44,389 nt of DNA from a virus. Its lineage: Duplodnaviria; Caudoviricetes. Made by a program: the position numbers and the translations under genes. Under the pieces are notes generated by a model, which saw nothing but the letters and a program-made list of their open reading frames with translations, had not been told where the DNA came from and did not search any database. The DNA lies in the IMG/VR virus record IMGVR_UViG_3300048611_000042, positions 1 to 44,389 of that record; one strand, 5' to 3'. Positions 18,601 through 25,617 of this stretch are shown here, piece by piece. Every line of letters begins with the position of its first letter. Within the stretch, counting starts at the first letter, position 1.

Positions 18601-21086
18601 ACGCACCCGAGGAGTTGTCGGCGGCCCTCGACGAGTGGGCGGGCGGCAACTTCGCCGCGGCGTACGACGAGTGGGCCAACACCCCGTTCGGCGCCGAGTA
18701 CACGCACCCGCCGACGCTGCAGTTCTTCGCCGACGACATGGACAACTTCGCTCGCGCCTGGGCAGACGCTCACCCCGACTCGGAGTTCGCGCAGCGCCTG
18801 GCGCGGGGCTACGCCCCCGACTACGCGGGTGACGGAGACAGCCTGGAGGACATCTACGGCGCGTGGCGCGCGCATGTCGACTCGTTCCACGAGTACGAGG
18901 TCGTGAGCCAGAGCCCCGTGCTCGGCACGGGCGTGCAGTACCTCGACGACGCCGACGCCGACGGGCTCCTGCGCGACTACGTCGAGCACCTCTACGACGA
19001 CTTCGGGGTGAAGGGCCTGACCCACAGGGGTGGTCAGATCACGAACTCCCCGATCGACCACCGCGTCTCGATTTGGTTCCGACCCGAGTCGGACCTGACC
19101 CTCGTCGGCAAGACCGACTTCACGAAGGCACTGGCGGACGTCCGCATCACCGAGTTCGAGCACATGCGGAGCACGGCGCGTGCGCGGCTGTCCGAGTTGA
19201 CCGACGAGATGGCGCAGGCGGCCACGCGACGCGCCGACGACCTGGGGGCCGTCGAGACGTCGGCGCGCGAGTTGAAGCGCCTGCGCGCGGCACGCAAGAA
19301 GTACGGCAAGACGCCGTCGGCGGTCCGCAGGTCACGCGCCACCGAAGCGGCGGAAACCGCGGCGCAGGACGCGCTGGACCAGCAGGACATCGCCGAGACG
19401 TTCCTCGCCGACACGGTCGAGGCTGCTGCCGAGCGCCAGATGACGGCGCTGGAGAAAGCGCGCCGCATCGACAACGCGCTGCGCGGCTGGGGCGACAGCG
19501 CCCCGAGGACCCTGCGCGAGGCCGCATCCGAGTACACGGACGCGCTGCGCCAGGGCGCGCGCTGGGGCAAGGTGCAACAGCAGGCCGTCGCCGCTGGCGA
19601 CGAGCAACTGGCGCGCGTCGCGTCCCTGGAGCAGGCGGCTCACGCCGCCCGAGCCGAGGCCACGGACCTCGGCGAGCAGGCGCTGACCGCCGAACGCGGG
19701 CTGGCGAACCTGCCGACCGAGCGCGTCGAGAAGATGGCGCAGACCTTCCGCGACGGCGCGTACCGCGAGATCAAGGCGGGCGTCGGGACCCCCCAGGAGG
19801 TCGCCGACTGGCTGCTGCACGTGGACCGCCTCACGACCCCCGAGGGCATGCGTGGCGCACTGAAGGTGTTCGACCGCGCCGTCGGGTGGCTGAAGGACTA
19901 CCAGATCATGACCCCTGGGTTCCACATTCGGAACTCGCTGGGTGGCATCTGGAACAACTCGCTGGCTGGGGTCGACACCAACTCGTACCGCAAGTTCTAC
20001 TCGCTGATGAAGCGAGCGCGCGGAGCGGCGAAGGGCAAGGCCCTGAGCGCCGACGACCAGCAGGTGTGGGACGCCGTGATCCGCGCTACGGGTCGCGGCC
20101 AGATCGGGTCCGAGTTCAGCAACGTGAACCTGCTGGAGGAGTTGGGTGGCCGCGGGAAGGGCAGCATCCTGCCGACGCGCCGCTTCTACGGCGTGCAGGC
20201 ATCGAAGCGTGCGGGCGAGGCCACCGAGTTCCGACTGCGTGGCGTGCTCGCGTACGACCAGATCACGAAGGGCCTGCGCGCTGGCGACACGATCGACGAC
20301 GCGATCGAGGCGGCGAACAGCGCGGTCGCCAAGTACCACTTCAACTACGACGACCTGAGCGCGACCGAGCAGGGCATCAAGAAGGTGATCCCCTTCTACA
20401 CGTGGACCCGCAGGAACGTCCCGCTGCAGGCCGAGCAGATCGTCAAGAGCCCGCGCATCTACGCGCGGTACGAGCAGGCGCGCTCCGAGATCGAGTCCCT
20501 CTCCGAGGAAGACCCGATCGTGCCGTCGTGGTTCCGCGACAACCTCGCGATCCGACTGCCGTGGATGGCGGGCGGCGGGCACCGCTACGCGATGATCGAC
20601 CTGCCGCTGCGGGACCTGAACCGCATCACGCAGCCCGACGACATCCTGTCGATGACGACCCCCGTCATCAAGACCCCCATCGAGTTGAAGTTCGGCAAGC
20701 AGGTGTTCAAGGACCTGCCGCTGCGCGACGACCGCTTCGCTCCGCTGCACCCCGCGCTCGACGCGGTGCCTGGCCTTCGCCAGGCGCTGGACGTCGCTGG
20801 GGTCGGCGCGTCGCGAGGCGGCGAGTACTTCCTGTCCGAGCGCGAGATGTACGCGCTGGAGCAGGGGCTGCCGCTGCTCGGGCGCATGAGGCGCCTCGCC
20901 CCCAACGAGAGCAAGTACCAGAACCGCGCGCTCACGTCGTGGCTGTCGTTCATCGGCCTCGGGTCGAGGACGAACACGGCCCAGGAGCAGGACATCGCGC
21001 GCTGGTTCGAGGAGGAGAAGCCGAAGGGCGACGCTGCGCGTCGCGAGTCGGCCCTGCAGCGAGCCCTAGATGAGATGGAACAGTGA
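15651..21086 (+). CDS. Large internal virion/ejection protein with ADP-ribosyltransferase-like insert
   Basis: 1811 aa, TTG start; DIAADPLTY, TPGFHIRN, FNYDDLS..KKVIPFYTWTRRNVP motifs of large podoviral core proteins; LYHGT...GPGFYTT insert. Confidence 0.75.
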   Translation: MAFDLQQARTILALLDEAEGRADAFAKQSNASLARQQARRTAATPSAPRRKKGGGGGGFSFASPLMTALEVLDAPRAAVFSGAKELADVIRPQSGESASFRDLVEQTVDRKKRIYGSDVLYGSAEKGIGGVIDRESTPGWAQGASGFALDIAADPLTYLGGAGIVRQGAKTTAEAVARGGTRAVAKEATKRGFKEGGDKMLADFLREIDDDALNALQSRVHTATQQARRSPRRVSPEDLSEFTGGRAQRGLTFRVPFVGESVVPGTQSRAALKFGEGSARLSNALGDVLKGRGGKPSGLARALGGADAGLKAAARSAPDAERAFKAVFTLAQKGAKGARAKGLMAEYAREFTKLYRDLDDAERAVAMRALRGDPEAVARLGTKGQALRGFYDKIHEGLTSAGVKVNRIEDYAPNVLTPEAREFFGRYGGRGGFKQFFEHARTLKPGENVQFMGETFSASNNAELVDKVNDIFAKAARSNPDIAPEIDDVRALFFSDDLADVTGRYIRGASNRIALNEAAQRLADVGLGVASREGAEELTSLGKAYKPLLEAAQTRAQSGARGAADEAAEVERQIDEILAEVGESRKGQLFEDAAGNPLDRPLTDAQERAFASLAADKARSALGRARARLEASARADTARGVRRGRAATMLERKITASEERLRVLEELANNPAAASDVDIAAEIARVQTTIDNQTRSIGLWVERRRNVLDEAARGERTGVVSGEIGTESMGRIGDLDLGVVAHLEPEGWHVVQDAATIEAVAQEHAAAMAHLSEMRDTVATFLNYKTTLGQPNDRGQTLEVLRQMAQDLNLNPTRATDPREILSGREQWARSLVDDPRERAAVVRRIEKNLREAIKETDEIVEVAAKSRNLAFEDSVLRQDYGVPVAPLYHGTSNAFPGDVARNRTGGTFENLHGPGFYTTDNGREILVGERAGFSPGEGYVSKGLDDKVDELQGNPTAYGYEPADPDAFMLDLDEVGVESLLDDAPEELSAALDEWAGGNFAAAYDEWANTPFGAEYTHPPTLQFFADDMDNFARAWADAHPDSEFAQRLARGYAPDYAGDGDSLEDIYGAWRAHVDSFHEYEVVSQSPVLGTGVQYLDDADADGLLRDYVEHLYDDFGVKGLTHRGGQITNSPIDHRVSIWFRPESDLTLVGKTDFTKALADVRITEFEHMRSTARARLSELTDEMAQAATRRADDLGAVETSARELKRLRAARKKYGKTPSAVRRSRATEAAETAAQDALDQQDIAETFLADTVEAAAERQMTALEKARRIDNALRGWGDSAPRTLREAASEYTDALRQGARWGKVQQQAVAAGDEQLARVASLEQAAHAARAEATDLGEQALTAERGLANLPTERVEKMAQTFRDGAYREIKAGVGTPQEVADWLLHVDRLTTPEGMRGALKVFDRAVGWLKDYQIMTPGFHIRNSLGGIWNNSLAGVDTNSYRKFYSLMKRARGAAKGKALSADDQQVWDAVIRATGRGQIGSEFSNVNLLEELGGRGKGSILPTRRFYGVQASKRAGEATEFRLRGVLAYDQITKGLRAGDTIDDAIEAANSAVAKYHFNYDDLSATEQGIKKVIPFYTWTRRNVPLQAEQIVKSPRIYARYEQARSEIESLSEEDPIVPSWFRDNLAIRLPWMAGGGHRYAMIDLPLRDLNRITQPDDILSMTTPVIKTPIELKFGKQVFKDLPLRDDRFAPLHPALDAVPGLRQALDVAGVGASRGGEYFLSEREMYALEQGLPLLGRMRRLAPNESKYQNRALTSWLSFIGLGSRTNTAQEQDIARWFEEEKPKGDAARRESALQRALDEMEQ

Positions 21087-21087
21087 C

Positions 21088-21378
21088 ATGGACTTCACGG
21101 CAGTAACGGTGGCTCTGATCGCAGCGGTTGGGCTGCTTGGCCCCGCCACGGTCAACTACAGGGCCACGGTCCGCATGAGGGAGGAGAACACGTTCCAGCA
21201 CGACGCGGTCCAGGCCACGATCGAGCGTCACTCGACCCACATCGGCACCCTCCAGGCCGAGGTCAGCGACGTCAAGGCGGACGTGCGAGACGTGAAAGCG
21301 GACGTGAGGGGCCTCCGCGGGGATCTGCGGGAGTGGACGCTTTCCCCTGTAAGAGATGACGCGGTACGTACCCCGTAG
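21088..21378 (+). CDS. Membrane-anchored coiled-coil protein (lysis cassette)
   Basis: N-terminal hydrophobic helix; DVKADVR heptad repeated twice. Confidence 0.65.
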   Translation: MDFTAVTVALIAAVGLLGPATVNYRATVRMREENTFQHDAVQATIERHSTHIGTLQAEVSDVKADVRDVKADVRGLRGDLREWTLSPVRDDAVRTP

Positions 21379-22102
21379 CGGGTGGGGAGCACTCCCGCCC
21401 GAGAGCCCCATCCCCGCCTGGGAGGCGGGGCGAGGCTGGCCCGACAGCCTCGTGCTCCACTGGGTCGGCACCTACGTGCCGCCCGACCGCGACGACGCCT
21501 TCTACGCCTCGGTGGTCCGCTCGATCCAGCGGTACGAGATCGAGTACCAGGACTACTCAGACATCGCCTACAACGTCCTGGTGGCCCCCACGGGCACCGT
21601 GTTCGAGGGACGTGGCTGGACCGTCCAGAGCGCCGCCAACGGCGCCTGGACCACCTGGAACCGCCGTGGGCTGGCTGTGTGCTACCTGGGCGGCAGGAAC
21701 GCCGACGGGAGCCTCAGGTCTGGCCTGACGGACCTGGGGAAGCGCGGGCTCCGCTGGGTCTGGAAGTTCGCCTCGGGCGTGTACCCGACCATCCACCAGG
21801 TCAAGACCCACTCGCAGGTCCGCCTCGGCGGCACCGAGTGCCCAGGGGCCGAGGTCACCGCCTTCGCCCCGTACGTGAACACCCCGCCCCCGAAGGAGGA
21901 CGAGTTGCCCAGCGTCGCAGAGGTCATCGAAGGCATCGAGGCTCGGCTCGCGGACCGAGACAGCCCCCTGTCGAGGCACGTGCAGTGGCACGTGCGCGAC
22001 TCGATCGAGGACGAGTTCAAGCAGGAGCGGTCGTCCTCGTGGCAGATCAAGGCGCTCGTGAAGCGGATCGCGAAGGCGGTCGGAGCGAACGCCGAGTTCT
22101 GA
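21356..22102 (+). CDS. Endolysin, PGRP-like N-acetylmuramoyl-L-alanine amidase
   Basis: RSGWGA, LVLHW, SDIAYNVLV, VFEGRGW, THSQV..TECPG. Confidence 0.9.
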   Translation: MTRYVPRSGWGALPPESPIPAWEAGRGWPDSLVLHWVGTYVPPDRDDAFYASVVRSIQRYEIEYQDYSDIAYNVLVAPTGTVFEGRGWTVQSAANGAWTTWNRRGLAVCYLGGRNADGSLRSGLTDLGKRGLRWVWKFASGVYPTIHQVKTHSQVRLGGTECPGAEVTAFAPYVNTPPPKEDELPSVAEVIEGIEARLADRDSPLSRHVQWHVRDSIEDEFKQERSSSWQIKALVKRIAKAVGANAEF

Positions 22103-22299
22103 TGCTCGGGGACCTCCTGCCAGCGCGCTACCGCAGCACCCTCCAGGGGCTGCTCTCGCGCAAGTTCCTGCTCGCGCTCGGCACCGCTCTGACCGCCGCG
22201 TCGCAGGACCAGTGGGACATCGTGCTCACGGTCGTGCTCGCGTACCTGGGCGTCGAGGGCACCGCCGATCTCGTGGCGCGGACGAAGCACCAGCCATGA
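22102..22299 (+). CDS. Holin (putative)
   Basis: TGATG-coupled; LLSRKFLLAL and LAYLGVEGTAD, two hydrophobic helices. Confidence 0.75.
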   Translation: MLGDLLPARYRSTLQGLLSRKFLLALGTALTAASQDQWDIVLTVVLAYLGVEGTADLVARTKHQP

Positions 22300-22511
22300 C
22301 CGACGAGGCCGCGCCCCAGGACCCGCTCGGGAACCGCAGGCATCTCATCATCACGATCGAGCGTCTGCTCGACGACGACGGCGACGAGTGCTGGCGGCTC
22401 CTGTACGACGCGAAGGGCATCTCGACCTACGAGGTCAAGGGCGTGCTCCAGCAGGCGCTGATGGACTACGACGACAGCGGCATCGAGTTCGAGTTCGACG
22501 ACGAGGACTGA
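22296..22511 (+). CDS. Small acidic hypothetical protein
   Basis: ATGA overlap; MTDEAAPQD... Confidence 0.65.
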   Translation: MTDEAAPQDPLGNRRHLIITIERLLDDDGDECWRLLYDAKGISTYEVKGVLQQALMDYDDSGIEFEFDDED

Positions 22512-22514
22512 GCC

Positions 22515-22718
22515 GTGACGAGTCTGGAGTACGTCTGGCTCGCGGCTGGCGCGGTGATCGCTGGGCTGGAGGGCTACGGGATCTACCGCCACGAGCGCGG
22601 GGTCGACACGCCCGACGACACGGTCACCGAGTTCGCTCGGCGGGTGATCCGCCGCTGGCCCTTCGCCAGCATAGTGGCATGGGGCTGGCTCACGTACCAC
22701 TTCTTCATCGAGGGGTAG
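22515..22718 (+). CDS. Small membrane protein
   Basis: Two hydrophobic segments; last + strand gene. Confidence 0.65.
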   Translation: MTSLEYVWLAAGAVIAGLEGYGIYRHERGVDTPDDTVTEFARRVIRRWPFASIVAWGWLTYHFFIEG

Positions 22719-22720
22719 GG

Positions 22721-23002
22721 CTACGCGGCGGTCGTAGCCCGCTGCGCGCACCACCGTCGGTGCCCGTTCAGAGCCAGCCCGTTGCGGGCCTCAAACCCAC
22801 ACTCGGGACACGTGGGGGTCTGTCTCTCGGCTACGACCTCGGCGACGCGCGTTGCGATGTCGGGGTAGCGGTGGAGTAGGTCATCGAGGATGCGCTTCAG
22901 CGTCTGGTCCCGTTCGAGCCCGCGGGCCACCCTGTCGAGGTGGTCCGCCTCATGCCCCGAGTAGGCGACGCGCGGGGTAAAGGTCCCGCGCTTGGATGCC
23001 AT
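22721..23002 (-). CDS. Small protein with C2H2-like zinc finger
   Basis: CPECGFEARNGLALNGHRRWC; start MASKRG chosen so as not to overlap the tRNA. Confidence 0.65.
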   Translation of the reverse strand: MASKRGTFTPRVAYSGHEADHLDRVARGLERDQTLKRILDDLLHRYPDIATRVAEVVAERQTPTCPECGFEARNGLALNGHRRWCAQRATTAA

Positions 23003-23025
23003 GTGGTCCCGCGCCGTGTGTGTCA

Positions 23026-23099
23026 TGGCTGCCAGGCGAGGACTCGAACCTCGGTCTGCCCGATACAATCGGGCGTTCTGCCAACTGAACTACCTGGCA
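23026..23099 (-). tRNA. tRNA (Asn-like body) with aberrant 5-nt anticodon loop
   Basis: TGCCAGG TA GTTC AGTTGGCA GAAC G CCCGA TTGTA TCGGG CAGAC CGAGG TTCGAGT CCTCG CCTGGCA G CCA; all stems perfect; 74 nt. Confidence 0.88.
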
Positions 23100-23222
23100 T
23101 GGTGCAAGCGCGGCCCCGATCCTCGCCACGCAAGCGACAACAGGGACGTGGGCACCACCCACGTCGTCCGTCGCTCCCTCTGCGCTGTTCCCGTGCCAGG
23201 TCGTCACCCAGCGGCAGCCGCA
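23100..23222 (-). ncRNA. Unclassified 123-nt structured RNA ending in ACCA
   Basis: Exactly fills the gap between two tRNA-like genes; stems GACGTGGG/CCCACGTC, AGCGAC/GTCGCT, CGCA/TGCG, GCTGGGT/ACCTGGC, TGCGGCT/GGCCGCG. Confidence 0.5.
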
Positions 23223-23302
23223 TGGTGGAGGCGGGGGGAGTCGAACCCCCGTCCGTCGTCGATCCCCGTGGGGCTCTCCGACGTCGAACTCCATACGCCC
23301 CC
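23223..23302 (-). ncRNA. Miniature tmRNA: tRNA-like domain only
   Basis: GGGGGCG TATGGAGTTCGA CGTCG GAGAG CCC CACG GGG ATCGA CGACG GAC GGGGG TTCGACT CCCCC CGCCTCC A CCA; G3.U wobble, A discriminator, stemless D-loop ending TTCGAC, GGAC before T-arm. Confidence 0.85.
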
Positions 23303-23367
23303 GTGTCGACGGCGAGAGCAACGGCCAGGGGGATGGTTAGAGGCCCCCGCCGTCGACGAGAGACACG
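23303..23367 (-). ncRNA. Hairpin with C-rich loop (candidate sRNA or leader)
   Basis: Perfect 10-bp IR GTCGACGGCG 23305-23314 / 23348-23357, inner GGCC/GGCC, loop TCTAACCATCCCCCT. Confidence 0.4.
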
Positions 23368-23401
23368 GTCCGCGTGTGCGGCGGAGCGTGTCTGCGTGCC
23401 G

Positions 23402-23641
23402 TCACGCCGCCTCCTCCACTTCCTCGGGGGGCCACAGCCACACCAGGAACGCCTGCCACGCGATCAGGTCGCGCATGCAGCGATCGCAGTAGTCGAGTGG
23501 CCTCGTCAGGTACGTGCGTCGCACGCACCCAGGGCGCTTGCAGCAGCCGTGCTTGACCGCACGGTTGGTCAGGCGCTGGACCCGACCCTTCCGCTGCATG
23601 CGGTTCACGCGGCGGTACGCCGCGCGCGTCTCTCGGCTCAC
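23402..23641 (-). CDS. Small basic Cys-containing hypothetical protein
   Basis: GTGA-coupled; CKRPGC...YCDRC. Confidence 0.6.
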   Translation of the reverse strand: MSRETRAAYRRVNRMQRKGRVQRLTNRAVKHGCCKRPGCVRRTYLTRPLDYCDRCMRDLIAWQAFLVWLWPPEEVEEAA

Positions 23642-23841
23642 AGGATGACCCCATGCAGCGCGCGGTACGCGTGGAACGCCGCTTCGAGCCGCGCCGCGGC
23701 GCGCTCCAGTTCTTCGGCCTCGGCCGCCATCGCCTCGGGCACGGGACCCCCGTACCCGCAGACGTAGTCGAGCAGCCCGCCCTCCCAGTCGACCTTCTCC
23801 AGGAACTCCTGGGGCGAGCCCTCCCACACGCGATCGCTCAT
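23638..23841 (-). CDS. Hypothetical protein
   Basis: ATGA-coupled; MSDRVWEGSPQEFLEKVDWEGG. Confidence 0.65.
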   Translation of the reverse strand: MSDRVWEGSPQEFLEKVDWEGGLLDYVCGYGGPVPEAMAAEAEELERAAARLEAAFHAYRALHGVIL

Positions 23842-24047
23842 GCCGCCACGAACCCGTAGCCGTGCCACCGCGTCCAGACCAGGCGCCCGATCGTGTCGCT
23901 GTTGCAGTCGATCACGCGCATGGACGGCGGGCGCGCCACGCGCGCGTCGGTGCCGCTGACCAGGTCGCTGAGCAACTCGTTCAGTCGCTCGATGAACTCG
24001 GCGACCCGCCTGCAGTCCGTCTCGTTGGCGGCGGCGGTCTTCTTCAT
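23838..24047 (-). CDS. Hypothetical protein
   Basis: ATGA-coupled to ligase stop; MKKTAAANE. Confidence 0.65.
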   Translation of the reverse strand: MKKTAAANETDCRRVAEFIERLNELLSDLVSGTDARVARPPSMRVIDCNSDTIGRLVWTRWHGYGFVAA

Positions 24048-24979
24048 GCTGCCTCGCTCTCGTCGTCGAAGGACGCGCCAGCGAGGCGGTCCTTGTACCA
24101 CTGCGGGAGTCCGCCCTGGACTCCGCGCAGGATGTCCTTGCGGAAGTGGCGCCAGAGGAGGTCCTTGATGTCCGCGGCGCACTCCTCCTCGACGTCCTCG
24201 GTGACCGCCTTCATCAGCGGGCCGATGTCGACGACGTCGCCCGTGAGGCGCCCGTCGTCGCGCAGGTGCTGCACCGCCTTCTCCCAGCGCATGGCGTTGC
24301 GGTACTGGTCGATGATCGACGTCACGACGTCCGCGCGGCTTGGGTTGCGCGTCTTCCAGTCGCCGCGGTGCGTCTCCTTGAACGCCTCGCTGACGTACTT
24401 GCCGAACATCGGATCGCCGAAGTGGTTCAGGCGGTCGTGCGCCTTCAGCACGATCCCCTCGATGGGCGTGCCGCCAAGGAACGACTCGCGCTCCAGCATC
24501 TGCTGCACGACACTCAGCCCGCCGACCTTGATCTCGCGATGGAGCAGCGGGACCCTTTCCAGGCCCACGACGGACGCGAACTCGGCCATGATGTAGTTCG
24601 GGAGGAAGGTGCCCTCGGCGTCCTGTACGTCGAAGATCGCGATGTTCCCCTCGGGCACGCGGTCGTACTTCAGCGTGTTGTGCTTCGGGCGGTTCAGGTA
24701 CTCGCCGCGGAACACGTAGCCCTCGGGCAGCAGCCCGAACCGCTCGGCGATCTGCTGCACGCCCGCCTGGAACATCCCGTCGACCTGCAGGCGCTCGACC
24801 TCGCGAGCCCCGTCCACGAGCACGCCCCCCTTCGAGCGCACGTACAGGCGGTCGTCGATGCGGGCGAAACTGATCTGCGACCCGTCGACCTTCTCCTGGA
24901 CCGACACGTAGTCGTCGAGGATGCCCTCGATGGCCCTGTGGCCCAGGTTCCAGACCTTCGGGTACGAGCCGATGCTCAT
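24044..24979 (-). CDS. RNA ligase, Rnl2-like
   Basis: Nucleotidyltransferase motifs QEKVDGS (I), VRSK (Ia), FRGEY (III), IFDV (IIIa), EGIVLK (IV), GKYVSEAFKE (V); helical C-domain rather than OB fold. Confidence 0.85.
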   Translation of the reverse strand: MSIGSYPKVWNLGHRAIEGILDDYVSVQEKVDGSQISFARIDDRLYVRSKGGVLVDGAREVERLQVDGMFQAGVQQIAERFGLLPEGYVFRGEYLNRPKHNTLKYDRVPEGNIAIFDVQDAEGTFLPNYIMAEFASVVGLERVPLLHREIKVGGLSVVQQMLERESFLGGTPIEGIVLKAHDRLNHFGDPMFGKYVSEAFKETHRGDWKTRNPSRADVVTSIIDQYRNAMRWEKAVQHLRDDGRLTGDVVDIGPLMKAVTEDVEEECAADIKDLLWRHFRKDILRGVQGGLPQWYKDRLAGASFDDESEAA

Positions 24980-25320
24980 GCCGCCGCCGCCTCCAGGAGG
25001 TCCGCGACGTCGTGCTTCGACTTCGCGATGTAGTCGTTGAAGTACGGGATGCTGTTCGCCGATCGACTCACCGCCTCGTGCAGGGCGAGCGATCGCGCCT
25101 GGATCTTGGCGTCGTAGTCGTAGTGCAGGCGACGGGTCGCCTCGATGATGGCGCCAGTTGCGCAGAACCCGCCGCGCTGGTCACTGATCCGACCCCGCAC
25201 GATCCTTGGCTGGCGGCGGATGATGCGCGCAGCCTTGCGGAGGATCTGCTTCGCCCGCCGCAGCGTTCGCTCGCTCTCTTGCGGCGGCGCTGTCGGTAGG
25301 TACACCAGGTCAGTCGTCAC
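24976..25320 (-). CDS. Hypothetical protein (DUF6197-like)
   Basis: GFCATGAI...IPYFND...DVADLLEAA. Confidence 0.6.
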   Translation of the reverse strand: MTTDLVYLPTAPPQESERTLRRAKQILRKAARIIRRQPRIVRGRISDQRGGFCATGAIIEATRRLHYDYDAKIQARSLALHEAVSRSANSIPYFNDYIAKSKHDVADLLEAAAA

Positions 25321-25492
25321 TGTTCTCCTCCAGGGGTGTCACGTCACCAGAGAGGATCTGTCTGACCCGCTCCAGCACTCGGGCTCGCATCCGCGGATCG
25401 CTGGTCGTGATCCGCGCCTCTCGGTGCTGCTGCAACTGCTCGACCACTTCCCTCGCGTGGCGCTCGATCGCCTGCCTCACTCCGCTCGACAA
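25310..25492 (-). CDS. Hypothetical protein
   Basis: High-GC codon pattern; overlaps a zinc-ribbon ORF starting near 25595. Confidence 0.5.
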   Translation of the reverse strand: MSSGVRQAIERHAREVVEQLQQHREARITTSDPRMRARVLERVRQILSGDVTPLEENSDD

Positions 25493-25617
25493 CGTTCTGC
25501 TCCCACACGAACGGACACCCGAGGCAGTGCCATTCGGAGCGCCCGTCGAGCGTCAACTGCTCGACGATCTCTCCGCCACACCCTGAGTGCCTCACGGCCA
25601 CCAGCCTCTGCGTGTGC

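Noticed and set aside
18863-21073. Long alternative-frame and antisense ORFs (e.g. 736 aa here, 577 aa at 39041-40774)
   Set aside because: Arg/Pro/Gly-rich shadow frames expected in 70% GC DNA, overlapping well-supported genes
23100-23222. 5S rRNA (similar length)
   Set aside because: Lacks the conserved CCGAAC loop and loop E motifs
23223-23254. tmRNA 3' end as a simple attP fragment for the integrase
   Set aside because: The matching tmRNA 5' end is also present and pairs perfectly with it, and the site is more than 12 kb from the recombinase
23100-23302. Circularly permuted two-piece tmRNA with the 123-nt RNA as coding piece
   Set aside because: The termini are in normal order and closed by a hairpin; the downstream frame ending ...GAALAP has no stop or recognisable resume context
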